DNA of 64,000 bases from Chloroflexota bacterium (lineage in GTDB: Bacteria; Chloroflexota; UBA5177): NCBI GenBank assembly GCA_035295425.1, contig DATGJB010000003.1, forward strand, positions 213-64,212, given 5' to 3'. The notes under the pieces are model-generated. The model made no database searches, was not told the origin of the DNA, and saw nothing but the letters and a program-made list of their open reading frames with translations. Of this stretch, positions 39,091 to 48,348 are shown piece after piece; position 1 is the stretch's first letter, and every line of letters starts with the position of its first letter. Position numbers and translations under genes: made by a program.

Positions 39091-39711
39091 TCATCCGAAC
39101 CTCGGATCCACCGACTTGTAAGTCAGCATTTTCCACACCTGAGCTTCGTGCTCGCGCCCCCATCGCTTCCAGGGAATCGACTCGGCTGTGAAGTAGTCCA
39201 TCAGTGCGACCAGGACCTTCGAGTTCTTGACCGTCTTTCCGTTGCTGACCGGGAACCAGCCCACGAGCTGGACGTTATAGATCGGGAGTCCGCTGGTGTA
39301 AAGAGCCCGGAGCAGGCGAAAGACGTCGGATTCAGCCGTTCTCAGGCGCCAGGCTTTCCCAAGGGGGTTGTCGTACAGATTGAACTCCAGGTAGGGGGAT
39401 CTGTACTCCTGCAGGTCCGGCGTTGCCCCGGTTCGGATCAGTACCGACTGCGCGGGAAAGAGGTGAAGGTACACCAGCCGGCTGCCCTTCTGGCCGGGAT
39501 CCGCGGGCCCCAGCTCGTGCAGGGCAATTTTGCTGACCGCGCGGTAGAGAGAGGTAGCGGCGACTTCAGTCGGTACCGGTAGAGTCGCCGGGGGCGTGGC
39601 AGTCGAGCTCGAGCCGCTGCCCCACACCCCGGTGGCGACGAGAGTGACAAGCACTCCGATCACGAACGCTGAAAGCGCTGTCGCAACCAGCGGCGGACTT
39701 GGAGCTCTCAA
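39091..39711 (-). CDS. hypothetical secreted/membrane-anchored protein (206 aa)
   Basis: N-terminal hydrophobic segment (LVATALSAFVIGVLVTLVATGVWG), then a Ser/Thr/Pro linker and a ~150-aa domain of unknown family. Confidence 0.5.
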   Translation of the reverse strand: MRAPSPPLVATALSAFVIGVLVTLVATGVWGSGSSSTATPPATLPVPTEVAATSLYRAVSKIALHELGPADPGQKGSRLVYLHLFPAQSVLIRTGATPDLQEYRSPYLEFNLYDNPLGKAWRLRTAESDVFRLLRALYTSGLPIYNVQLVGWFPVSNGKTVKNSKVLVALMDYFTAESIPWKRWGREHEAQVWKMLTYKSVDPRFG

Positions 39712-39739
39712 CGCGAGTTGACCTGCCGCTGCAAGGGGG

Positions 39740-42700
39740 TCAAGCGCCCGCCGCGGACCCGTCGAGGTCGGCCCCGTCCGCTCGCCGGATGCCGACCTGC
39801 AGCCAGTTGTCCCCTATATCGGACGTGAACACCGCGTCAGCGCCGCCCGGCTCACCCTCGGTGAGGGACACCGCCAATGTCTCCTGCTGAATGTAGTCCG
39901 CGTGCAATCGCATGGCCTCGTCCAGTCTGGAGGAAGCGCTGTACCGCACGGAGATTCTATCCTCGACGTTCAGGCCCATCGACTTGCGGTAGTCGTTCAG
40001 ACGGCGCACGACCTGGCGCGCCATGCCTTCCGAGACGAGAGCGTCCGTTAGCCGCGTGTCGAGAGCGACCAGGTAGCCGTCGGACGCGATTGCGGCATAC
40101 CCCTCGCGTTGCTCCGCATGCAGCAGGATGTCCTCCGACTGAAGCTCCAGGCGCTGGCCGTCCACGTCCAGCGTCACCGCCGAGCCGGAGCTTACCTTGC
40201 GGGCCACGTCGTTGGGCTCGAGCTCGTCCAGCCGGTGCCGAATCAGCGGCAGTAGCTTGCCGAAGCGCGGGCCGAGCACCGGCAAATTGGGCCGGACGGT
40301 ATAGGTCAAGAACTCTTCGTCTTCACCAGCAATGCGAAGCTCCCGCACGTTGAGCTCCTCGAGGATGATGTCGCGCATGGAGTCGACGAACCGCAGAGAT
40401 TCGGACGGCACGCGCACCGACATCGTGGCCAGAGGTTGGCGGACCATGACGCCCGCCTTCTCACGCGCGGCGCGCCCGAGCGCCACGACCTGCTGGGCGA
40501 CTGTCATCGCCTGTAACAGTTCATCGTCGATGGCAGCCGGATCGGCGACCGGATAGTCGGCGAGATGGACGCTCTCTGGGGCCTGCCGGTTGGGGGAACG
40601 CGCGAGGTTCTGGTAGATGGCCTCGGACACGAACGGCATGAAGGGAGCCATCAGGTGGGCGAGCGTCGTCAGGCACTCGTAGAGGGTGGCATACGCAGCT
40701 GCCTTGTCCGCGTCGTTCTCGGCCCTCCAGAAGCGCCTTCGGCTCCGGCGGACGTACCAGGTAGACAGATCCTCGACCAGTCCCTGGATGGAGCGGGACG
40801 GCCCGACTGCGTCGTAGGCGTCGAGTCCGGCGCGCACCTCTTCGATGGTCTGGTTCAACCTGGCCAGGATCCACCGGTCGAGCAGCGATCGCTCGCCAAT
40901 CGGCGGCGAGTGCCCCGGTTCCCAACCGTCGACTTTCGCGTACGTAACAAAGAAGCTATACGTGTTCCACAGAACCAGAAGCCGGCGCTTCACGTCGTCG
41001 AGCGACTCCCAGCCAAAGTTAAGGTTCGATTCAGGGTTGTGACCGCAGAAGAGCCACCGCATCGTGTCGGCTCCGGCTCGGTCGGCGGCTTCGTCGAAAG
41101 GAATCGTGTTACCCCAGCTCTTGTGCATCTCCCTTCCGTTCTGGTCCCGCAGGAGAGCGTACCCGAGCACCGTGAGGAAGGGAGCGGTGTTCTCCAGTAC
41201 CGTACTCATCGCAAGGAGCGAGTAAAACCAATTGCGGAACTGGCCCGGGAAGCTCTCGGTGATGAATTGCGCCGGGAACCACACCTCCCAGTAGGGGCGG
41301 TCCTCCAAGTAGTGCAGTGTTGAGTACGGCACGATACCGGCATCGAGCCACGGATTGCCGACGTCGGGGATGCGCCTGGCTGTTTCCCCACACTGACTGC
41401 AGGCAATCGTGATCTCGTCCACCCACGGACGGTGTGGCGACTCGAGATCCTGAATCCCTCCCAGCGCGCGCTCGAATAGCTCCTGCTTCCCGCCCACGAC
41501 GTTGAGGTGGTCGTGCGGACAGATCCAGAACGGCAGCGCGAGACCCCAATACCGCTTCTTGGAAATCATCCAGTCGCCCATGTTGCGCAGCCAGTCGATC
41601 TCGCGGTCGAGGCCGTAGGCGGGGATCCAGCGCACCTGCCGTACCACGTCCATCATTGCCTCGCGCAGGGGGCCCATCGAGATAAACCATTCGTCGACAA
41701 GTCGGAACACCAGCTCGGTGCCGCAACGCCAGCACGTGGGGTAGCGGTGTCGGTACTCCTCGGTTCGATAGAGAAGTCCACGGCCGTGCAGGTCCTCCAC
41801 GATATCGGCGCCTACATGGAGGACGTTACGACCCGTCAGCCACCCAAAATCCGGTCCGTAGACGCCGTTCTGGTCGATGGGCGCGACCACCGGGAGGCCG
41901 AATTCTTTACTGAGCGCGAAGTCTTCCTTGCCGCAGCCGGGGGCGAGGTGAACCAGCCCGGTCCCCTCGTCCTCCGACACCTCGGCCCACGGGATCACGC
42001 GATGTTCGACGCCGGCCTCCGCCGGCAGATCGTCGAACGGTCCGCTGTACTGGCGGCCGACCAACGCGGCTCCGGGAAGCTCTTCTAGCACCTCGCGCTC
42101 GCCGCGCAGGGCCCCCACGGCTCCTTTCGCCAGGTAGTACACGGCGTCGCCCTGCCGGACTCTGAGGTACGTGAGCTCCGGGTTCACGGCGACGGCGACG
42201 TTCGACGTCAGCGTCCAGGGCGTTGTCGTCCAGACGAGGAGCGCCTCCCCAGGCGATTCAAGCAGCGGAAAGCGGACGTAGATCGACGTGTGCGTGAGGT
42301 CCTGGTAGCCTTCCGCTGCCTCGGCGTCGGAGATCCCCGTCCCACAGCGGGTGCACCAGGGCATGACATCGTGGCCGCGATACAACAGCCCTCGCTCGTT
42401 GCAGACCTTCAAGAAGTGCCAGATTGTGTAGTTGTTCTCGTCCGACAGGGTGTAGTACGAGTTTTCCCAGTCCATGAAGTAGCCGAGCCGTTTCGACTGG
42501 CGGGTCTGCATATCGGCGAAGTAGAAGACGCTTTCCTTGCAGCGGCGTACGAACTCCGCGATGCCGAAGGTCTCGATATCACGTTTGCTGCGGAAGCCGA
42601 GCTCGCGCTCGGCAACGACCTCGACCCAGAGTCCCTGGCAATCGAAGCCGTTCTGATAGCGCTGCGCCTTTCCCAGCATGGTGTTGTAGCGCTGCCATAG

Positions 42701-42901
42701 GTCCTTGTAGGTGCGTCCCCACGCATGGTGGACGCCCATGGGACCATTGGCGGTGATCGGCCCGTCGATAAAGCTGAATCGCTCTGTCGCGTCCTGGTTT
42801 TTCGTCAGGTACTTCCGCCGGATGTCGTTCCGGTCCCAGAACTCCAGGACTGCGCTTTCGAGCGCGGGCACATCAAAACTCTTCTCTACCGGGTCAAACA
42901 T
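39740..42901 (-). CDS. ileS: isoleucine--tRNA ligase
   Basis: 1053 aa. HMGH-type (PMGVHHAWGRTYKD) and KMSKS (ISKKRY...KMHKSWGN region) class-I signatures. CP1 editing domain. C-terminal zinc-binding region. Confidence 0.95.
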   Translation of the reverse strand: MFDPVEKSFDVPALESAVLEFWDRNDIRRKYLTKNQDATERFSFIDGPITANGPMGVHHAWGRTYKDLWQRYNTMLGKAQRYQNGFDCQGLWVEVVAERELGFRSKRDIETFGIAEFVRRCKESVFYFADMQTRQSKRLGYFMDWENSYYTLSDENNYTIWHFLKVCNERGLLYRGHDVMPWCTRCGTGISDAEAAEGYQDLTHTSIYVRFPLLESPGEALLVWTTTPWTLTSNVAVAVNPELTYLRVRQGDAVYYLAKGAVGALRGEREVLEELPGAALVGRQYSGPFDDLPAEAGVEHRVIPWAEVSEDEGTGLVHLAPGCGKEDFALSKEFGLPVVAPIDQNGVYGPDFGWLTGRNVLHVGADIVEDLHGRGLLYRTEEYRHRYPTCWRCGTELVFRLVDEWFISMGPLREAMMDVVRQVRWIPAYGLDREIDWLRNMGDWMISKKRYWGLALPFWICPHDHLNVVGGKQELFERALGGIQDLESPHRPWVDEITIACSQCGETARRIPDVGNPWLDAGIVPYSTLHYLEDRPYWEVWFPAQFITESFPGQFRNWFYSLLAMSTVLENTAPFLTVLGYALLRDQNGREMHKSWGNTIPFDEAADRAGADTMRWLFCGHNPESNLNFGWESLDDVKRRLLVLWNTYSFFVTYAKVDGWEPGHSPPIGERSLLDRWILARLNQTIEEVRAGLDAYDAVGPSRSIQGLVEDLSTWYVRRSRRRFWRAENDADKAAAYATLYECLTTLAHLMAPFMPFVSEAIYQNLARSPNRQAPESVHLADYPVADPAAIDDELLQAMTVAQQVVALGRAAREKAGVMVRQPLATMSVRVPSESLRFVDSMRDIILEELNVRELRIAGEDEEFLTYTVRPNLPVLGPRFGKLLPLIRHRLDELEPNDVARKVSSGSAVTLDVDGQRLELQSEDILLHAEQREGYAAIASDGYLVALDTRLTDALVSEGMARQVVRRLNDYRKSMGLNVEDRISVRYSASSRLDEAMRLHADYIQQETLAVSLTEGEPGGADAVFTSDIGDNWLQVGIRRADGADLDGSAAGA

Positions 42902-43643
42902 TCGTCCCGCTCCTGCTGAGCATCTCGATCGGCACGAGCTCGATTTCGAGCCTTCGGTTCTCTCGTCCCTTGTTCTCGGTCCGCATGATCGAGATCGGTC
43001 CGACTTCCAGCGTGTTTGCCACGTGCGTGCCTCCGTCCGCCTGGAGGTCCAGGTCGACGATCTCGACGACCCGCACCGGATCGACGAAAGCCGGCACCAG
43101 ATTGATCTTGGTGCGGATGAGCTCCGGCATGAGCTCCGCCTCTCGCCGCGGAACGAAGCGAACCCGCACCGGATGTCCGCTCGTCACAGCGTCATTGCTC
43201 ATACGCTCGATCTCTTTCACCCGCTCGGGCGTCAGATCGGCGAGTGTGAAGTCCATGCGAGCTCGATCCGGATACATCTGGCATCCGGTCACCTGTGCTC
43301 CGTACCGGCGATAAATCACCCCACACAGGATGTGCAGTGCGGTGTGGGTCCGCATCATTTGATAACGATGATCCCAGTCGAGCCGGCCATGCACGCGCTG
43401 GCCGACCGCCGGCAGCTCACCCTCGAGGGTGTGGTACACCACGTCGCCGCGCTTTTCCACCGCGATGACATTGAAGCGCCTGCCGTGCAAATCGAGCGTT
43501 CCCCGGTCAGCCATCTGGCCGCCCCCGCGCGGGTAGAAGGCTGTCCGATCCAGCACGACGCTGTGCTCGCCGGCGTCGATTACAGTCCCTTCGAACTCCC
43601 TCAGGTAGCTGTCGTTGAGGTAGAGCAATTCGGTCGGCCCCAC
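42894..43643 (-). CDS. alaX: alanyl-tRNA editing protein AlaX-M-like (Ser-tRNA(Ala) deacylase)
   Basis: ORF 42894..43676. LYLNDSYLREFEGTV N-terminus and HxxxH...CGGTH zinc motif (RTHTALHILCGV...CQMYPDRARMDFT). The listed start lies inside a terminator hairpin, so GTG at 43641-43643 is proposed. Confidence 0.7.
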   Translation of the reverse strand: MGPTELLYLNDSYLREFEGTVIDAGEHSVVLDRTAFYPRGGGQMADRGTLDLHGRRFNVIAVEKRGDVVYHTLEGELPAVGQRVHGRLDWDHRYQMMRTHTALHILCGVIYRRYGAQVTGCQMYPDRARMDFTLADLTPERVKEIERMSNDAVTSGHPVRVRFVPRREAELMPELIRTKINLVPAFVDPVRVVEIVDLDLQADGGTHVANTLEVGPISIMRTENKGRENRRLEIELVPIEMLSRSGTNV

Positions 43644-43655
43644 GTTTCTCTCCAC

Positions 43656-43688
43656 AAAAAATCTCGTCCCACACACGAGGGACGAGAA
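43656..43688 (-). terminator. Rho-independent terminator on the minus strand (CUCGUCCC-UCGUGUGU-GGGACGAG followed by AUUUUUUG)
   Basis: Read directly: plus strand 43656-43662 AAAAAAT, then CTCGTCCC/GGGACGAG 8-bp stem. Terminates minus-strand transcription coming from the xdhC/yqeB operon, ~250 nt after the last stop. Confidence 0.5.
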
Positions 43689-43935
43689 TCTGAATCCCGC
43701 GGTACCACCCTTATTAGCCGGAAGGCTCGCTCACCGGACGGGCTAAATCGCGAGCCCGCCCTTACGCTGTAGTGGGCGCACCCATCGTCTGCTACGGGCC
43801 ACAGGCCGTTCGCGGCGACGCTCGGGAAGGATTTTCAGCCGCGCCCGCAGATCCATCTCGCACCGGCATGGACTCGCTGACCGCGCGTCGCGGCGTACTC
43901 GTTTCCGTCGTAGCCGCCTATTGTTACACGTCATG

Positions 43936-44265
43936 TCAAGGGTGAGCAACGCCGGTTGGCGGCACGGGCTCGATGAAGACGTACATGTATCCCCCGCAGG
44001 CACGGCCGCCTTCCTCGTCTTCGTCGTGCAGCAGATCCACCTCGATGAGCGTCGAGACACCGGACCGGAGGACCTGCATCGCCTCGCTCCACACCTCGGC
44101 CTCGCCGCAACCGCCTCCCACCGTACCGACGCTCCCGCCGTCGTCGGCGATGATCATGCGCGCTCCTACTTCTCTCGGAGTCGATCCCCGCGTGCGCACG
44201 ATGGTGGCGACCGCCACGTGTTTGCCCGATGCGAGAGCCTCGCGAAGCTCCTCTGTCATATCCAC
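43936..44265 (-). CDS. stand-alone XdhC/CoxI N-terminal-domain protein (109 aa)
   Basis: HVAVATIVRTRGSTPREVGARMIIADDGGSVGTVGGGCGEAEV matches the XdhC_CoxI N-domain, including the conserved GGGC motif. No Rossmann C-domain follows. Confidence 0.65.
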   Translation of the reverse strand: MDMTEELREALASGKHVAVATIVRTRGSTPREVGARMIIADDGGSVGTVGGGCGEAEVWSEAMQVLRSGVSTLIEVDLLHDEDEEGGRACGGYMYVFIEPVPPTGVAHP

Positions 44266-44274
44266 AACCAGGTT

Positions 44275-45072
44275 CTACCCTCTTTTCACGTCGTGGCTCA
44301 AGATCGCTTCGAGCACGCCACCGGCAACGGCCAGGGCCTTGTCGGACACGTGCTCGCAGACGCGTGGATCAAGCCGAGGGTCCAGGTCGCCCACCTTCAT
44401 GCCCGTCGCCACTCTTGCACCGTCACGCAGTAGACCGCGAAGTAGACCGCGAAACGGCGCACTGACGGGTTGTCCCTCAACCTCCGCGATTGTGTCGCCC
44501 TCGCCGACGATTTCCCCGATGTGAGCCGTGGTCCGCAGCGCACCGGCGGCCGGCGCGCGCAGAACGCGCTCGTGACCCACGCCGCTCACCAGACCGGGAG
44601 TTCCGGTGTTCGGCTCTGCCGCTCCCTTCCAGATCACTCGGCCGAGGTCCGGCCCGCGGTTGGTCTCGACCACCGCGTGGACAGTGTCTCCGGCGAAAAA
44701 GCCCGGTCCAAGCCCGATGACCAGGGGCGCGAGATCCAAAGCCGTTCCGGTGTTGACTTTGGCGAGAATCGCGTCCACCAGCACGCCGGGACGGTGGATC
44801 CGAACCGTTGTGCCGCCGGGATCGACCACGACCGGAATCGCACCCAACCGAGCCACCCCGATAGCTTCGCCGGGAAGACACCGTCGCCCGGCTGCCTCCT
44901 CCACGGTCGCCGTACCGTCGTAGACCGCCTCCGAGAACGCGACAGTACGCCGCACCGCAAGAGGTTCCGGGCGCTCGAGAATCACCACCAGGAACCCACA
45001 GCGCCACAGACGAAGCGCCACACCCGACCCGAGGTCGCCGCCGCCCCGGATCACGACCGTCCGATCACGCAT
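44275..45072 (-). CDS. yqeB: YqeB-family selenium-dependent molybdenum hydroxylase system protein (core domain)
   Basis: ORF 44275..45153. ATG at 45070-45072 overlaps the xdhC stop by 8 nt. MRDRTVVIRGGGDLGSGVALRLWRCGFLVVILERPEP Rossmann-like start typical of the YqeB family. Confidence 0.65.
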   Translation of the reverse strand: MRDRTVVIRGGGDLGSGVALRLWRCGFLVVILERPEPLAVRRTVAFSEAVYDGTATVEEAAGRRCLPGEAIGVARLGAIPVVVDPGGTTVRIHRPGVLVDAILAKVNTGTALDLAPLVIGLGPGFFAGDTVHAVVETNRGPDLGRVIWKGAAEPNTGTPGLVSGVGHERVLRAPAAGALRTTAHIGEIVGEGDTIAEVEGQPVSAPFRGLLRGLLRDGARVATGMKVGDLDPRLDPRVCEHVSDKALAVAGGVLEAILSHDVKRG

Positions 45073-45886
45073 CTCGCAGCTCGCGCAGTGCCAGCGAGGG
45101 CGCCCGCCCGCCCCGACGCAGATTGACGATCTCGGCCAGGATCGCAAGCGCAATCTCGGCGGGAGTTTGCGATCCGATGTCGATTCCGATTGGCGCGTAC
45201 ACGCGGCGAAGCGCGGCTCGGTCGAACCCTAGCTCGCGGAGATGGCTCAGGACGGTGCGCACCCGGCGCTTGCTGCCGATCATGCCGATGTAGGGCGCGC
45301 GCGAACGGAGTACTTCAACCAGGCAGGCCTGATCATGCACGTGTCCACGGGTGACCAGTACAACGCAGCTGGAGGCGCCAATGGGAAGCCCGGCAACTGT
45401 CTCTCCGTAGGGTCCGACCGCGATCTCGTCGGCGTCCGGAAAGCGCAGCCGGTTCGCATAGCGCGCTCGATCGTCCACGACGGTGACCTGGAATTCCAGT
45501 ATTTTCGCCATCTGGGCCAGGGGCTGAGCGATGTGACCGGCTCCGACGATGACGAGGTGCGGCGGCAATGGGCGAAGCTCGAAGAAGACGTCCAGGTTTC
45601 CCCTTCCAACTCGCGCCGGTACCAGATCATCGGCTCCGGCGTCGTACGAACGTAGCTCCGACCGCCCGGCCGCAAGGACTGCGCCGGCGTCACGCCGCAG
45701 CACCGGGTCGACGATGGGCCCAAGGCTACCTTCCATCTCTCCGCTTTCCGCGACCACAACTCGAGCGCCGGCCGGCAGCGCGGAAGGAGAACGGTCGGCC
45801 ACGATCGAGGCGATTGCCGTCGATAGGCCTCGGGCTCGAAAGGCATCGGCCGCATCAACGGCATCGAGCAGTCCCAGGTAGGTCAC
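45065..45886 (-). CDS. xdhC: XdhC family molybdenum-cofactor insertion / sulfuration accessory protein (N + Rossmann C domain)
   Basis: C-terminal PPHLVIVGAGHIAQPLAQMAKILEFQVTVVDDR...IGMIGSKRR (XdhC_C). The N-domain is present but lacks the Cys motif found in the separate 109-aa gene. Confidence 0.75.
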   Translation of the reverse strand: MTYLGLLDAVDAADAFRARGLSTAIASIVADRSPSALPAGARVVVAESGEMEGSLGPIVDPVLRRDAGAVLAAGRSELRSYDAGADDLVPARVGRGNLDVFFELRPLPPHLVIVGAGHIAQPLAQMAKILEFQVTVVDDRARYANRLRFPDADEIAVGPYGETVAGLPIGASSCVVLVTRGHVHDQACLVEVLRSRAPYIGMIGSKRRVRTVLSHLRELGFDRAALRRVYAPIGIDIGSQTPAEIALAILAEIVNLRRGGRAPSLALRELRDA

Positions 45887-46713
45887 GCGCCGATGCGACT
45901 TCCGCCTGATGGGACTCTCTCACCACCGACCTCGAGAACACGACCGTACGAGGCAAGGAGTACTGTCCAGGTCGGAGACGAGCCGGCCAGGAGCCGGGCG
46001 ATCTCGCGTCCCTGCGCGCGCAGGTCTGGAGTCTCTGCTTTGTTCAGGACGAACGAAACGCGCGGGGCGGCAGGAGCCCCAGCACCACGGGTCATGGGAG
46101 CCGTGGCAACTCCTGCCGCGCGTTCGAGCACCGATGCAACCAGGTCGGGAGTGACGGTCGCATCAGCAGCCACGCGCGTCGCCCGGGAGAATGCATCGAA
46201 TCGATGAATGACGGTATCGTCCACACGGCGGCCCAACGCGTCCAGACCGGCAATAACTACGACGATCGTGGCGCAGGTGGGTACGACCGGTTCATTTGGG
46301 CCGTGCACCTTGAGGGGCCGTTTCGCGGCGCCGTCGGCCTCGACGAGCACGACATCCGCCGATCGCAGGGTTAGCAGCCGGCAGAGCGTCTCAGGGTCGG
46401 CCCCCGTGAGCTTGCCGGTGTCCGAGCGGCCGCCCGCCAGGCAAGCTACCGCCGACTCGGAAAACGCGCTCTCCAGCTTGATCTGCCAGTCACGGTCGGT
46501 AGTAAGCAGGCACGGCATCGACGGCGGGGGCCACATCTTCGTCGTGGTGGAAACCAGAATTCGACGGTGGCATCGGGCGAGCTCCGTCGCGGCCGCTAGC
46601 AGCGAGGTGGTCTTCCCGCCACCGCCCACGAACGCGATCACATCGCCGCGCTGCGCCTTCAGGGCGCCCTCCCATGAGATCCGATCGATCGGCACCATGC
46701 CAGTTTGTAGCAC
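45883..46713 (-). CDS. yqeC: YqeC-family selenium-dependent hydroxylase accessory protein (P-loop)
   Basis: VIAFVGGGGKTTSLLAAA P-loop ~25 aa from the N-terminus and overall length/pattern of the YqeC family. 4-nt overlap with xdhC. Confidence 0.65.
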   Translation of the reverse strand: MLQTGMVPIDRISWEGALKAQRGDVIAFVGGGGKTTSLLAAATELARCHRRILVSTTTKMWPPPSMPCLLTTDRDWQIKLESAFSESAVACLAGGRSDTGKLTGADPETLCRLLTLRSADVVLVEADGAAKRPLKVHGPNEPVVPTCATIVVVIAGLDALGRRVDDTVIHRFDAFSRATRVAADATVTPDLVASVLERAAGVATAPMTRGAGAPAAPRVSFVLNKAETPDLRAQGREIARLLAGSSPTWTVLLASYGRVLEVGGERVPSGGSRIGA

Positions 46714-46822
46714 GATCAGTCCGGGCTAGCATGTGCCCGTTCGGGCGGTTCAGGGTGGCGAGGGCAGGACCCAGGAGAGAGTAAGACCCTCCGTCGCGGG
46801 TCACACTGTGTCCGGGCCCCGG

Positions 46823-48115
46823 TCAGCGCGCCACCCAGCGAAGCGGTGAGTAGATGATGGTCTGATCGCGCGACCGACCGACCGAGACGATGTTTACCGG
46901 CGCGCCGACCAGCTCCTCGATCCTTTGAATGTAGCTGCGGGCGGCTGCCGGCAGCTCATCCCAGCTCTTGCAGCCGGCGGTCGACTGATTCCAGCCAGGC
47001 AGCTGCTCGTACTCCGGGGTCACGCGGTCGAGCGTCGCCGTGCTGGGAACGGTACTGAACCGTCTCTCCCCGAGTCGGTACGCAGTGCAGAGGCGGAGCC
47101 GTTCCAATCCATCAAGAACGTCGAGCTTGGTTACAGCTATTCCGCTGAATCCATTAAGCAGGGCGGCGTACCGTGTTGCCACCGCGTCGAACCAACCGAC
47201 TCGTCGCCTACGTCCCGTCGTCGCGCCGTACTCACCGCCGGTTTCGGTCAGGTACTCCGCCACGTCATCGTGAAGCTCGGTCGGAAACGGACCCGCGCCG
47301 ACCGCGGTGGTGTATGCCTTGACGACCCCAATCACCTCGTCGATACGCATGGGAGGGATACCTCCGCCCACTCCGCCGCCGCCGGCGATGGTGCTGGAAG
47401 AAGTCACGTACGGATACGTTCCCCAGTCGAGGTCGCGCATCGCGCCCAGCTGCCCCTCGAGCAAGATGCGACGGTTAGCGACAAGCGCCTGCGCGACCAG
47501 CTCCACGTGATCGACGATGAGGTGGCCGAAGCGCTCGCGCCACTTCGCGCCGAGATCCATCACTGCGTCTGGTGACACGGGTTCATGACCGTAAAGATCC
47601 TGGAGCAAGCGGTTCTTCTGGGGCAGAACAAGGTCCAGCTTCTGGCGGAACGCCGACGTCTCGAGAAGATCTCCTGCCTGGATGCCGACACGGTCGGCCT
47701 TATCGACATAGGCCGGTCCGACTCCACGACGGGTCGTGCCGATGGTCATCGCGCCGCGTGCTTCGTCTTGGAGTCGGTCGAGCAGAATGTGGTACGGCAT
47801 CACGACGTGTGCCCGGCTCGAAATTCGCAACCCCGCCGTATCGATGTGCTCTCCGGCAAGCTCCGCCAGCTCGAGCTCCAGCCCCTCGAAGTCCACTACC
47901 GTGCCGGTGCCGATTAGGCTGATCGCGTCCGGATTGAAGATTCCCGACGGCACGGCGTGCAGGCGGAATTCACCGAGCGAGTTTACCACCGTATGACCGG
48001 CATTGCTGCCGCCGCCGTACCGAATGACGAGGTCGGCGTCCTGGGCGAGCAGATCGGTGACCTTACCCTTGCCCTCGTCGCCCCATTGGGCGCCCACGAT
48101 GGCGCGAACGGGCAT
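46823..48115 (-). CDS. purA: adenylosuccinate synthetase
   Basis: QWGDEGKGK P-loop, GGSNAGHTV, and C-terminal TKLDVLDGL motifs. Confidence 0.95.
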   Translation of the reverse strand: MPVRAIVGAQWGDEGKGKVTDLLAQDADLVIRYGGGSNAGHTVVNSLGEFRLHAVPSGIFNPDAISLIGTGTVVDFEGLELELAELAGEHIDTAGLRISSRAHVVMPYHILLDRLQDEARGAMTIGTTRRGVGPAYVDKADRVGIQAGDLLETSAFRQKLDLVLPQKNRLLQDLYGHEPVSPDAVMDLGAKWRERFGHLIVDHVELVAQALVANRRILLEGQLGAMRDLDWGTYPYVTSSSTIAGGGGVGGGIPPMRIDEVIGVVKAYTTAVGAGPFPTELHDDVAEYLTETGGEYGATTGRRRRVGWFDAVATRYAALLNGFSGIAVTKLDVLDGLERLRLCTAYRLGERRFSTVPSTATLDRVTPEYEQLPGWNQSTAGCKSWDELPAAARSYIQRIEELVGAPVNIVSVGRSRDQTIIYSPLRWVAR

Positions 48116-48348
48116 GCTGCTCTCCTTGGATCAGCTTCCACGGCGCGAACGCCATGGGAGTATACCAGCCGAACGATCGGTGCCGAGCTGTGTTCTGCTG
48201 CGCCGCGTCGTTCGTCTCAGGGCGATTCCGCGATGGAATCCGGGCGTGGGCCGGACACGAAGCGCCACGCCGAAGAGGTGGCGAACATCCCCGACCCCCT
48301 CACGTACGGATCGCATACACGGCCCCCCACTGCCGGAAGACGTGTCGC

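Noticed and set aside
43701-43760. Possible SRP (4.5S/ffs) RNA because of a CCGGAAGG motif
   Set aside because: The flanking sequence on either strand does not give the conserved domain-IV context (GUCAGGUCCGGAAGGAAGCAGC ... AGGCAG).
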